The position numbers and the translations under genes are program-made. Positions 41,505 to 53,899 of a stretch of 64,000 nt of DNA are shown here, piece by piece (the stretch's first letter is position 1; the number at the start of each line of letters is the position of its first letter). The notes beneath the pieces were generated by a model. The model worked only from the letters and a program-made list of their open reading frames with translations. It ran no database searches and had not been told where the DNA came from. Source of the stretch: Octopus vulgaris (taxonomy: Eukaryota); assembly GCA_951406725.2 (NCBI GenBank), contig OX597824.1, forward strand, positions 29,388,001 through 29,452,000. Reading direction: 5' to 3'.

Positions 41505-41900
41505 TCGTTGTCTGGTTAAGATGCTCGCTTTTCAACCACGGAATTTAGGGTTCGGTGTCACAGCGTGGCGACGTATACAGATGCCTTTCATAAAAGCATT
41601 GTGCTGAAGTGTGCCTTGCGAATAAATTCGGTAGCCAGAAACGGTGTGGTAACCTGTCGTACAGGCACCCACACACTCATACATGAAAGTGCGCCTTGTC
41701 TTCGCGTCTATGTTTGTGTTTGTGTTTGTACCACCGTCCAGCCCTGCCCACTCCACTACTTGACAATCGGTGCTAGTTTGTTTACGTCTCCGCAACTTAG
41801 CGGTTCGGTAAAGATCAATAGTTCAAGTATGGGTTGATTTATTCGATAAAATCCCTTCAAGATTGTACTCTAGCACAGCCGCAGTGAAGTGAATGACAGG
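41505..41900 (+). mobile_element. SINE family B, old and degenerate
   Basis: CTTGACAA.CGGTGCT.GT.TGTTTACGTC..AACTTAGCGGTTCGG..CTAGCACAGCCGCAG. Confidence 0.7.
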
Positions 41901-41943
41901 CAGACAGACAGACAGACAGACAGACAGATAGATAGATAGATAT

Positions 41944-42012
<69 letters not shown>

Positions 42013-42141
42013 TAGACAGACAGATAGATAGATAGATAAATAGATTGATGAAGAGAATGAAAGAGAAACACCCCACACAAAGTCACATACACACACACTC
42101 TCTCACACACACACATATATATGTATATATACATACATATA

Positions 42142-42183
<42 letters not shown>

Positions 42184-42744
42184 CACACACATAGATATAC
42201 ATATCTATATATCATAGATACTAATTTCCACGTGATTACTTATTTGCATCTATGTACCCGAAACTTCACAGGTGAGATCAACACTGCTGATTAAACATTT
42301 TGTGAAGATGAGGTTGACGGAAGGTCAACACTAAAACAACAGGAGAAAAATCTTTTCCCAACCTGTATATTCACATATACACACACACACGCGAAACGAC
42401 TGTACCATTGGTACCAAAATCACCAAAATCACGACGACCACCAGTAGCCACAGTGCGGTTCTCTGTACTGTAGTAAACCCTAAGGCCAGCTGTACAAATA
42501 TATTGAAAAAGAAATGATAATAATATAAAAGCCACCATTACCGATGGCATGTGTATCTTTTACTTGTTTCAGTCATTAGACTGCGGCCACGCTGGGGCAC
42601 CGCCTTGAAGAACTATTATTTGAATGTATCGATCCCAGTACTTATTTTTTAAACACCTGCTACTTATTGTATCGGTACCTTTTGCCAAGCCGCTAAGTTA
42701 CAGGGACGTAAGCATTCCAGCCCCGGCTGTCAAGCGGTGGTGGA

Positions 42745-42780
<36 letters not shown>

Positions 42781-42803
42781 TACACACACACACACACAAA
42801 TAC

Positions 42804-42879
<76 letters not shown>

Positions 42880-42880
42880 A

Positions 42881-43082
42881 ACGATCTATCATTCGCCATC
42901 ATAGATCGCTAGCCACTAAAACTTTTTTTTATTTTCTCTCTCTGTTTATTTCTGTGTTCCTTTCTGTCGAAAAACGTAGGCTCGAAACGTAAAAGACTTT
43001 CTCACTTCCCGAGCGCTAAGCTAATACATCTGTTTGTTGTTTACACACCCGTCTTCGCCTTTTTTTTTGTAAATTCTCACTG
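42881..43082 (+). mobile_element. Penelope-like pseudo-LTR fragment with a variant hammerhead (42960-42995)
   Basis: CTTT-CTGTCGA-A-AAAC-GTAG-GCTC-GAAAC-GTA-AAAG. A second copy lies at 46774-46970 (minus). Confidence 0.65.
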
Positions 43083-43097
43083 TATGTATATATATAT

Positions 43098-43187
<90 letters not shown>

Positions 43188-43191
<4 letters not shown>

Positions 43192-43393
43192 ATCCAAACA
43201 AGAAAACAAAAACAAAAAACAACAACGCAAGGACGTGGAACAAATAAAATATTATCGGACGCTCAGGAAAGAAGGGAGGAAGGAGGGTTTGACGTTTCGA
43301 GCGGAGCTCTTCGTCGGAAACATAGGAGAAGGAAAGATCCCGAGAAGGGAAGACAGGGGAATAAAATCGCTAGTGATACAGACGAGGTCACAT
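43188..43393 (-). mobile_element. Penelope-like pseudo-LTR fragment with a minimal hammerhead (43287-43321)
   Basis: Minus strand: GTTT-CCGACGA-A-GAGC-TCC-GCTC-GAAAC-GTC-AAAC (helix I GTTT/AAAC, GUC site). Confidence 0.75.
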
Positions 43394-43799
43394 ACTAAAT
43401 ACTATATATACATATATATATATATAAGATGGGCTCCTTTCAGTTTCCGTCTCTCAAATCTAGTACTCACAAAGCTTTGGTCGGCCCGAAGCTACAGTAG
43501 AAGACACTTGCCCAAGGTGGGACAGAACTCGGAACAATGTGGTTGGGGAGCAAGCTCCTTCCGACACAGCCGCGCTTGCGCCTATAGCCACGCCAGCACC
43601 TTCATTAATTAAAATTAAAAGCAACTGCAAAGTGTAGATGAATCATTTATTAGAGTGTCAAGAATTGTTCCCCTGTATATTGTGTCGCGGTCTTCTTTCG
43701 TTCTGATTCCGTATACCGCCAAGGACAACTTTTCTTTTCAACGTTCTGGATTTGAGAAAATGAATACCACTTGAAATATTTAAATATATTAGATTCAAT

Positions 43800-43995
43800 T
43801 TTTAGCACAGAGGGGGCGGGCTTTGGGGTGGGATAAAGTCAATTACATCAGCCCAACGTTCGGATAGTACTTATTTTATTGACCGCGAAGGATAAAACGC
43901 GAAGTCGACCGCGGCGGAATTTGAACTCAGAACGTTAAGACGGGCGAAACGTCGCTACGCATTTTGCCCGATATGTTAACGATTCCGCCAGCTCA
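43800..43995 (-). mobile_element. SINE family A, degenerate
   Basis: AAGTCGACCGCGGCGGAATTTGAACTCAGAACG..CCGCCAGCTC. Confidence 0.8.
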
Positions 43996-44496
43996 CAGCC
44001 TTAGTTTTGATGTATTACTATACATTACTTTATATGTATTACTATAAGTAGTATATGTGCAGGCATGGCGCTGTGGTAAGAGGTGTACTTCCCAAATGTA
44101 TGGTTCTGTATTCAGTCGTATTGCCTGGCACCTTGGGCAAGTATCTTCTGCTAGATGCGTGGGCCGAGTGAAAAACGTGTGAGTGGATGTGGTAGAGAAA
44201 AATTCAAAGAAGCCAGTGGTGGTGGTTGTGGTGGTGGTGTGGTCGTGGTAGTGGTGATGGGGTGGCGGTGGTAGTGGTATTGGTAGTGGTGGTACTGGTA
44301 CTTGCATGGTTTTTATACAAGAGTTCATACTTTTCCTATGTCGTTATAGATGGGAATGATCATTTCAATCGTGGGATCGATATTTAGAAATCAATATTTG
44401 CTTAGTATAGAAGTTCTGCTACAGATAACAGTCCATAATGAGTGTGTGTGTGTGTGCGTGTGTGTGTGTATGCATATATGTTGTGTGATATATATA

Positions 44497-44642
<146 letters not shown>

Positions 44643-44851
44643 TAAATGATTAACTTAACTTAGAAAATGATCGATTAATTTTGACTCTAATTGGTCTCCA
44701 CTAGTCTACTTTTGAGGAGACCAATTAAGGTCAAAACAAATTCTGCATGCTCATCATTAATAAAAAAAAAACATATTTAACTCTACTTATTGAAGTACTG
44801 AGTACTATGTTTAATATGGAAAAGCCTTGACCATTCAAAGACACACACACA

Positions 44852-44901
<50 letters not shown>

Positions 44902-45029
44902 GTACTGTTCCATTATTGGCAGGATCAACAAAAATGTACTCCTTTCATTGAGAGATAAATAGCATTTAATAAACATAAGTTTTAAATGTGAACTGCTATA
45001 AGGTCATGCTCCGATAATACATTACTTAG

Positions 45030-45548
45030 ATGTGAAGGCGTATGGCTCAGTAGTTGGAACGTTGAGCTCACAATGTGAAGACGCATGGCTCAATGGTTAG
45101 AACATTGGGGTCACAATGTGAAGACGCAAGGCTCAGGAGTTAGAACGCCGGGCTCATTATATGAAGGCGCATGGTTTAATGATTAGAACGTCGGACTCAC
45201 AATGTGAAGGCGTACGGCTCAGAAGTTAGAGCGTCCAACTCAGGATCATGAGGTAGTGAGTTCGGTTCTCAGACTGGGCTGTGTGTTGTGTCCTTGAGCA
45301 AGACACTTTAATTCTCGTTTCCCCAGTTCATTCAGTTGTAGAAATGAGTTAAGACGCCACTGTTGCCAAGTTGTATCAGTTTTCGCCTTTCCTTTGGATA
45401 ACATCGAGAGCGTGGTGTGGAGAGGTTAGTATGCAAGGGCGACTGCTGGTTTTCCATAAACAATCTTGCCCGAACTTGTGTCTCGGAGGGTCACTTTCTA
45501 GCTGCAATCCCATGGTCATTCATGACCAGATAGAATCTTTACCTCTTT
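45030..45548 (+). mobile_element. SINE family F with five tandem 43-bp copies of its A-box head
   Basis: AT(G/A)TGAAG(G/A)CG units start at 45030, 45073, 45116, 45159 and 45202. The last unit continues into the SINE body. Confidence 0.88.
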
Positions 45549-45697
45549 AGATGGGATTGTACAGTGTGCCGTCTACTATCCCGCAATCGTTCTGACGGTG
45601 TATCATACAGGCCCGACCATGACTGTACTCTCCGCGAGTGAAGTTTATGGTAGCTTTCACATGAAACCAGTTTTTGTGAAATTGCATATATATATAT

Positions 45698-45903
45698 ACT
45701 GGAAATTCTGGCGAGAATGCCGAACAGCACAGTATATCATTTCCAAATTTCTGGCAGAGTGAATAGCGTCATAATGCTGTTTTCGCACAGACGGTGCCCA
45801 ACTGACCCTACTATACTGTGTAGTCGACAAAATCAAAAGCAAACAGAGCGCATGCGCGAAATTAAAAGTATGAAATAGCAACAATTTACACTATCACACA
45901 CTA
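45698..45903 (-). mobile_element. 5' end of the same Tc1/mariner-superfamily element as at 46969
   Basis: The reverse complement matches TTTTAATTTCGCGCATGC..ACTACACAGTATAGTAGG..TGGGCACCGTCTGTG at ~46990-47075. Confidence 0.8.
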
Positions 45904-45929
45904 CACACACACACACAGATATATATATG

Positions 45930-46420
45930 CGGTCAAATAGCTGAGTGGTTACGGTGTTACATTTACAATAGTGAGAACATGGTTTCAGTTTCTGACTCGC
46001 GTTGTGGTCTTGAGCAAAAGCACTTCCTCTCGCGCTACTCTGCGATCACTTCAACACCTGATATGTGCCACACCATGCACCTGTTCAGACAGCGTCGATT
46101 TGATGGACGGCGTGAGCTAATATGTCGGTGTGGATCAGATTGTCCTGTGGTAAATGACAGAGGGGGATTTTGCAAATGCTTGCCGAATAACCTGCACAAA
46201 TGTTTGCTTATTTTTTTATGGTGATCAAATATCTGTGCATTACATAAGATCAATCCTCCCATCAAATCAGCCATGCCTGCTATACAGGTGTTCGGTGTAC
46301 TATGCGTCAGATGTCAGAGTGATTGCAGAAATGATGTGTCGTGCTCACGAATGCAACGCATCGCGCGAATCGAAATGTCGATCTCACGATCTAGCGTTTA
46401 GCATCTTGAACTACTAGTTC
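45930..46420. mobile_element. Two degenerate family G SINEs, tail-to-tail
   Basis: Plus copy: CTGCGATCACT..ACACC..CACCTGT..GATTTGATGG. Minus copy: CTGCAATCACT..ACACC..CACCTGT..GATTTGATGG. Confidence 0.6.
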
Positions 46421-46428
46421 AAGCAGCC

Positions 46429-46460
<32 letters not shown>

Positions 46461-46555
46461 TGTATGTATGTATGTATGTATGTATGTATGTATGTATGTA
46501 TGTATCTATGTATGTATTTCTCTATGCATACATATGTATAAATGTATATACATAA

Positions 46556-46590
<35 letters not shown>

Positions 46591-46593
<3 letters not shown>

Positions 46594-46760
46594 AAGAAGT
46601 TAGCAGGCATGAAACGATCGTAGTGTGAAATTAATTATATTTTTTTAATAATTTTGTTACATATTTAAATAATATGAATTAAATAATAATATGTATTGGC
46701 TTAAGTTCTTCATTGTTTGATTTGCCTAATAGTGGTTTTGTCTCTAATTTAATATAATAT
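46591..46760 (+). mobile_element. (TA)n-flanked fragment starting at a degenerate hammerhead
   Basis: TTGAAGA..GGCAT-GAAAC-GATC-GTA, with the same ACGATCGT helix III as at 33925. Confidence 0.55.
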
Positions 46761-46773
46761 ATATATATATATA

Positions 46774-46970
46774 GGGAAAGAGTTCACAAAAAAGCAAAAG
46801 ATGATGACAGGTAGTGTAGACAACAAACAGATGTATTAGTTTAACGCCCAGGAAGTGAAAAAGTCGTTAACGTTTCAAGCCTATGCTCTTCTACAGAAAG
46901 AAACACAGAAAGAAACAAGGAGAGAAAATAAAGAATGTGTAGTGGCTAACGATCTATCATGGCGAATGAT
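46774..46970 (-). mobile_element. Penelope-like pseudo-LTR fragment (same family as 42881-43082)
   Basis: Minus strand: CTTT-CTGTAGA-A-GAGC-ATAG-GCTT-GAAAC-GTT. Confidence 0.65.
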
Positions 46971-47708
46971 ACAGAGGTCGATGAGTAAATTTTTAATTTC
47001 GCGCATGCACTTCGTTTGTTTTTGATTTTGTTTACTACACAGTATAGTAGGATCAACTGGGCACCGTCTGTGAGAAAAACTGCACCATGACGCAATTCTG
47101 CTGTACTGCTTGGCATTCGCGCCGGATACGAAATTTTCATAGTATTTAATGCGAAAAATTCAGAGTATTTGAGTCTCCATCTGAGGACAATGCAATCTGA
47201 GGACTTGTACTGAAAGTCATAAAAATAAAGCATCCAGTCAACAGCATGGTGCTTGGAGTAATCACTAGTGATGATGACATTATACCTCCATTCATCATCC
47301 CACACGCCCTCAGACTTAACACGGCTGTCAGACAATTTCTGCGACAACATCACCCCTAACATCTAGCCATCTAAATCACCAGTCTGCATCCATCTTGATT
47401 ATTAATATGTGGAGCGCAGTCGAGCGAGTGACTAACAAAACTTTTTGTAATACTAAAGATGAACTGAAGGTAAGAATTATGGCAGCGTTCATCGACTTAA
47501 ACAAGGAGACTGTCCAGAAAAGTTACAAGAGATTCCGAAGTCGTCTGGTGGCCGAGATTAAAGCTAATGGCGATTTTTTTGAACAAATTTAATCTTTAGT
47601 ATTTCAGAATATTCTTTTGAAATTTTGGTAAATATATCTGTTAAAATGAGATGACAGTGTTACTTTCATCTTTGCGTAATTTATTCAATATATTCACTGC
47701 AACCTCTA

Positions 47709-47710
<2 letters not shown>
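46969..47710 (+). mobile_element. Internally deleted DD37D/maT-like (Tc1/mariner superfamily) transposon
   Basis: KHPVNSMVLGVITSD..PPF; NI*PSKSPVCIHLDY / MWSAVERVTNK..KDELK..RFRSRL..ANGDFFE (WPPNSPDLNPLDY-like motif). Confidence 0.8.
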
Positions 47711-47770
<60 letters not shown>

Positions 47771-47780
47771 TGTATTGTTT

Positions 47781-48198
47781 AGGCGCAGAAGTGGCTGTGT
47801 GGTTAAAAGCTTGCTTCCCAACCACATGGTTTCGAGTTCTGTCCTACTGCGTGGTACGTTAGGCAAGTGCCTTCTACTATAGCCTCGGGCCGACCAAAGT
47901 CCTGTGAGTAGATTTGGTAGACGGAAACTGAAAGAAGCCCAAATTATCTATATAAATATATATCTATGTATGTGTGTGTGTGTGTGTATTTGTGTGTCTG
48001 TATTTGTCCCCACCACCATCGCTTGAAACCGATGTTGGTGTGTTTACGTCCCCGTAGCATGGCGGTTCGGCAAAAGAGACCGGTAGAATAAGTACTAGGT
48101 TTACAAAGAATAAGTCCTGGGGTCGATTTGTTCAACTAAAGGCGGTACTCTAGCATGGCCACAGTCAAATGACTGAAACAAGTAAAAGAATAAAAGAA
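47781..48198 (+). mobile_element. SINE family B, full length
   Basis: Colinear with the other B copies. Confidence 0.92.
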
Positions 48199-48204
48199 TA
48201 TATG

Positions 48205-48238
<34 letters not shown>

Positions 48239-48709
48239 TTGGAGTACGTGAATCCCACATTTTGTCTTCGCACGTCTTTTATATTCGTAGCACAATTAGT
48301 TATCAAAATATCTACAATAAATCCTATAAAAGAATTGCCATCGATAGCCAATATTTACATTACATAAAACAACACAAAACACGTATAAATAACATAAGAA
48401 AAGAATGAAAGAATTGTGCGTTCAACGAATTGAAAAATGCAAAATAATCAATAAATTTGTTCAGATTTCACCGAGTTTATTGACATAGATTTTCATCATA
48501 TTAATGACAGATCTCCAATTGTTTATTTATTTTTGATCGATCTCTCAACTAGGACACGACATTTACCCTTGTTAACTCTTTATTAGTGATACTATGCTCC
48601 TCGAAAACTTATTCTACCTATGTATGTCTTTCATATTAACCATGTTATTATTTATGCTCTTTCTTTCTTATTATCAGATACCTGTTTGTATGGTTTTATC
48701 TTTTATCCT

Positions 48710-49105
48710 TTACTCGTTTTAGTCAGTAGACTGCGGCCATGCAGAGGCACTGTCTTGAAGGTTTCTGTCTGCTGAACGATTCGACTCCATTACATTTTCC
48801 CCTTCAAGCCTCATTTCATCGTTTTCTTTTGCTGGGCCGGTAAGTTACAGGGATGTAGACACACCAACTTTAGTTGTCAAGAGTTTATGAGCTAAAAAGA
48901 CAGAAAACAAAAATGCACACACGCGCATAATATAGGCGTAGGAGTGACTGTGTGGTAAGTAGCTTGCTTACCAACTACATGGTTCCGGGTTCAGTCCCAC
49001 TGCGTGGCACCTTGGACAAGTGTCTTCTACTATAGCCTCGGGCGGACCAAAACCTTGTGAGTGGATTTGGTTGACGGAAACTGAAAGAAGCCGGTCGTAT
49101 ATATG
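48710..49105. mobile_element. SINE family B fragments: 3' half on minus (48710-48890), 5' half on plus (48935-49105)
   Basis: GACTGCGGCCATGC..TAAGTTACAGGGA and GTGTGGTAAGTAGCTTGCTTACCAAC..GACGGAAACTGAAAGAAG. Confidence 0.8.
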
Positions 49106-49369
49106 TATGTGATTGTTAATCACTCTGCCCACAGATATACCTGATCAATCAACAATGAGCCAACGTAGATACGTAGACCTTTAAACTATACAGACAAGGC
49201 AACAGCAAGTTGATCTTTCTTCCAGTGGCGTATTGTTAATGGATGAATGCAAGAGAGCCTTCGTTCTCACTCTTTCTGTCTCACACCCTTCTTAACTCTT
49301 CCTCTGTATGTGCTTATCTCTATGTTTTCATTGTCTGTTGTACTCTGATCTCATTATTTACTGGTTATA

Positions 49370-49555
49370 GGGCGGCGAGCTGGCAGAACCATTTGCTCGA
49401 CGGGCAAAATGTTTTGCTATATTTCGTCTGTCTTTACGTTCTAAGTTCGAATTCCGTCTCGGCCGACTTTGCTTTACATCATTTCGGGGTTGGTGTAATC
49501 GATGTACCCCCTATTCCGTAATTGCTGACCTTGTGCCAAAACTTGAAACTAATAT
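49370..49555 (+). mobile_element. SINE family A, degenerate
   Basis: GGCGGCGAGCTGGCAGAA..CGACTTTGCTTT.CATC.TTTCGGGGT. Confidence 0.8.
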
Positions 49556-49819
49556 TTATTGGTCATTATCATCACTGAATAATAATCTTGTTAAATGAAA
49601 CCCGTAGTAATTCTATGTTAAAAAGGAAGCTTCTATTTGGTCACATAACCTGCAGCTAAATATCACTTAAATCGCACACTATTCTCTTAAAGGAAAGAGG
49701 CATTGCAAAGTGTCTTACTAGATAAAGTATCTACCTAAAATAACGGTTGGTGAGAACCGGAAGGCCTTTGCTTCTAAGACTACTTGATTATAGTTGATTT
49801 CGGGTCTGAAGATAAAAAT

Positions 49820-49965
49820 TACCGTGTTTACTTGTGTATAAGTTGAACTCATATATATAAGCCGCACCCCTAATTTAGCTTTGCTCCGTCTATAAGCCGT
49901 ACCACATTTTTTTTTTTTCAGTGAAAATCACGTGTACAATAATGCGACTTGTACACGAGTTAATA
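49820..49965. mobile_element. pogo-type MITE remnant
   Basis: TA-CCGTGTTTACTTGTGTATAAGT..TATAAGCCGCACCC..GCGACTTGTACACGAGT, i.e. TIR-like ends. Confidence 0.5.
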
Positions 49966-50303
49966 TTATAGTTAAATTTTTGTATGAATAAGCTGTATCG
50001 GGGACATCGATGTTGGAATTCACACTCCATCAAAATATTATCTTCTCTATTGTATTTTATGAGAAGTGAATCAACGAACAACAACAACAACAAATATTTT
50101 CTCGACTTGAGCTGAATTTGAACGCTGAACGTGGAGAAAGTACTGTAACATTGAATTAAAAAGAAAGGGACATTTTTACTTGCATCACTGCAGTACTTAC
50201 TGCCAGACCACCACTGTAACCATAACATCATTATCACCACAGTCACCCGCAATGCTACTACTACAACTACAACAACAACAACTACTACTACTACTACTAC
50301 TAC

Positions 50304-50347
<44 letters not shown>

Positions 50348-50794
50348 TAGATAATAAGGACATACTTATAGATGTGTGAGTACGTATGCATGTATGTTTG
50401 TGTGGGTGAATGCCTATGCGAATGTGTGTCTGTATGTTTGTGCGTGCGTATGCATGTGTGTGTGTGTGTGTGAGTGTGTGTGCATAAAGACGGTTAAGAA
50501 GAGGAAGAGAGGAGGTGGAGAGGAAGAATATGAACGGAGATTTTTATGACAACGATGACGATCACGAGTACCAAAGAGATGATGATGAGGATGTTGATGA
50601 TGATGACGTCGACAACGACGACGACGACGATGATGATGGGAGTCATCGCCAGCATCATCAACACCGTCGTCGCCATTATCGTCATTATCATCATCATCAT
50701 GACATCATAAGCATTATCATCATAGATTCGAAGACGGGAATAGAATGACTAACCAAAACATATACAGTACACGCATACATCATTTATAAAAATA

Positions 50795-50827
<33 letters not shown>

Positions 50828-50908
50828 GAACGTGATATAATGAAAACTAGAAAACTAAAAGAAAAAATGCTTAAGTCAACACAAAGAAATGACAAAGTCA
50901 ACTATGAC

Positions 50909-50987
<79 letters not shown>

Positions 50988-51512
50988 CAACTACTTGGAT
51001 AACAAAAGCAATATCAAGTACAACAGCAACAACAACAAGAATGATGATCTTTTTTTTTGAAAAGGAGTAACGTTGTAGAAATAATGGGGAATCTTCCGAT
51101 ATCTCCAGTCATTTGGAATATTGGTTAGAAATGAGCAAAGCACGATTCTTTGGTATGAACTCCGTTAGACGATGCAATATGGATTTCGGCAATTTCCGCT
51201 CCATGCGAACAAGGTATATTTTAATGATGTCAAAACACCATTCGGAACAAACCCTCATTTTCCGGTGGGTAGCGATTGGTTCCGGTGATTTCCGGTTGGT
51301 TCCGGTGGGTAAGATTTACTATAATAAAAGAGAACAAAGTTAAAAGTGAAAAAATAAAAAAAAGAAAAGAAAAATATTTGGAGAAAGACAGAAGTCGAAA
51401 TTAGTAACGAGATGGGGTAGGGATGGGTTGAGGGTGAGAGAGGGAAGGGATTAGAGACAGAGTTAGTCTGTATGAATGTTCAACTGTATGCGCACGCGCG
51501 CGTGTGTGAGTG

Positions 51513-51557
<45 letters not shown>

Positions 51558-51617
51558 TGGAAAGGAATGGTTTCAAATGAACGCGAAGGAGAGACGCAGC
51601 AAGAAAGAATGCATGAA

Positions 51618-51731
51618 GTAGATAGATAGATAGATAGAGAGAGAGAGACAGAGAGAGAGAGAAAGAGACAAAGAAGGAGAGAGAGCGAAAGAAAAGGAGA
51701 TAAGTAGATATATATATATATATATATATAT

Positions 51732-51813
<82 letters not shown>

Positions 51814-51873
51814 TGACAGACAGACAGATAGACAGACAGGCAGATAGACAGACAGACAGATAGACAGATAGAT

Positions 51874-51947
<74 letters not shown>

Positions 51948-52006
51948 AGGGAGCGGGTGAGAGAGTTATAGACAAGCAAGCGGGTAAGAGATAGGAACGG
52001 AGATAA

Positions 52007-52048
<42 letters not shown>

Positions 52049-52070
52049 AGGGAGAGAGAAAGAGAGAGAG
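51618..52070. repeat. (GATA)n/(GACA)n/(GA)n compound microsatellite
   Basis: Direct reading. Confidence 0.95.
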
Positions 52071-52549
52071 ATTGGCAGAAATCAAGGAGAGCTGAATGAG
52101 AGAGTATGAATGGGAGATAAATATTATATGGGGAAAGAAAGAGAAGAAGGAGAAAAGTAGGAGGATGAGGACAAAAGACAAAAAAAAAAGTAGGAAAAGA
52201 CTGGAAAGAGAAGGCTGAAAAGGGTGAGAGGAAAAAATGTGGAGGGTGTTTCGAAAGGGAGAAAAAATTCGTGTTAGAGATGGAACAAGTGTCCAGATAC
52301 ACAGAGCGAGAGACAAGGGGCGCAGATTACAACGTATTAAGACACACAACCACACAAGCGCGCATATAAACGCTAGCACATACACAGACACATGTGTACA
52401 CACGAACACACACACACGCACGCACACGCACACACACGCATACGCACACGCACGCACGGAAACTTACACACACACATGAGATTATATATACGCAGAAGCC
52501 CCTATATAGATATGAATATAAACACACAGTTATTTATGTATATATATGT

Positions 52550-52554
<5 letters not shown>

Positions 52555-52595
<41 letters not shown>

Positions 52596-52627
52596 CATAC
52601 ATACATACATACGTAAATAAATACATA

Positions 52628-52704
<77 letters not shown>

Positions 52705-52856
52705 CATACATAAATAAATACATACATATATATATATATGTGTATATATATATATATATACATACATACATAAATAAATACATACATATATATATATATA
52801 TGTGTATATATATATACATATATATATATAATGATATATATATATATATATACATA

Positions 52857-52924
<68 letters not shown>

Positions 52925-53072
52925 TATACTGCCAGACACAAACACACAGAAATAACACGTATCAGAATGCAGACAATTATGCACACTAATACACACATAC
53001 ACACACTCTCATACACAACACACACACACACTCGCACACACAAACACACACACACCGACACACACAAACACA
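52555..53072. repeat. (TA)n/(CA)n field with a duplicated ~60-bp block
   Basis: CATACATACATAAATAAATACATAC occurs at 52701 and 52761. Confidence 0.92.
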
Positions 53073-53494
53073 GATATGATAAGCAAACTCATTGGTAAAT
53101 GACGTCAGGATTCCAAAGCAAACGATGGTTTCAGTTCGGATTGTTTGATCACTACAGCAAAAATTAGTGAATTATTATAGAAACTTAACCAATAGCATTA
53201 TATTGACGTCTTGTCAGTTTCATTTTCACATCGTTTCCGCTTCCGCTTTTCATTTTCTTTCATGATCGAACGCATTGAATGCATCTTTAGGCATACAATT
53301 ATCTGTTATCTTTTATTTTTTATCTTCTACTTGTTTCAGTTCTTGGGCTGAAGTCATGCCAGAGCACAGCCTTAAGCAATTCGACCCCAGTACTAATTTT
53401 TTTTAATTTCTTGTACTCTTCTCAGGTGGATTGGTATTTACATTTTTGCTATGTCTGTTTCACAGAGCTACAATTTCACTTTGCTTCTTAGCTG

Positions 53495-53898
53495 CCATGT
53501 GTGGTAAGTAGCTTGCTAACCATTCACATGGTTCCGGGTTCAGCCCCACTGCGTGGCATCTTGGGCAAGTGTCTTCTGCTATAGCCCCGGGCCGACCAAT
53601 GCCTTGTGAGTGGATTTGGTAGACGGAAACTGAAAGAAGCCTGTCGTATATATGTATATATATATGTGTGTGTGTATGTGTTTGTGTGTCTGTGTTTGTC
53701 CCCCTAGCATTGCTTGAGGGCCGATGCTGGTGTGTTTACGTCCCCGTTACTTAGCGGTTCGGCAAAAGAGACCGATAAAATAAGTACTGGGCTTACAAAG
53801 AATAAGTCCCGGGGTTGATTTGCTCGACTAAAAGGCGGTGCTCCAGCATGGCCGCAGTCAAATGACTGAAACAAGTAAAAGAGTAAAAGAGTAAAGAG
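53495..53898 (+). mobile_element. SINE family B, young copy with a (GTAAAAGA)n tail
   Basis: Little divergence from the shared consensus; tail AAGTAAAAGAGTAAAAGAGTAAAGAG. Confidence 0.93.
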
Positions 53899-53899
53899 T

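Larger units (their letters stand above)
42558..43585 (-). mobile_element. SINE family B split by an expanded internal microsatellite that holds two hammerhead-bearing inserts
   Basis: The 3' half (42558-42745) and 5' half (43430-43585) are in correct order and orientation around 42746-43429. Confidence 0.7.

Noticed and set aside
45030-45245. CRISPR-like periodic array
   Set aside because: Whole 43-bp units are homologous with no unique spacers, they are SINE heads, and the context is eukaryotic with no cas genes.
51260-51320. TTCCGGT short tandem motif, possibly a DNA transposon terminus
   Set aside because: No partner end or TSD was found in the window.
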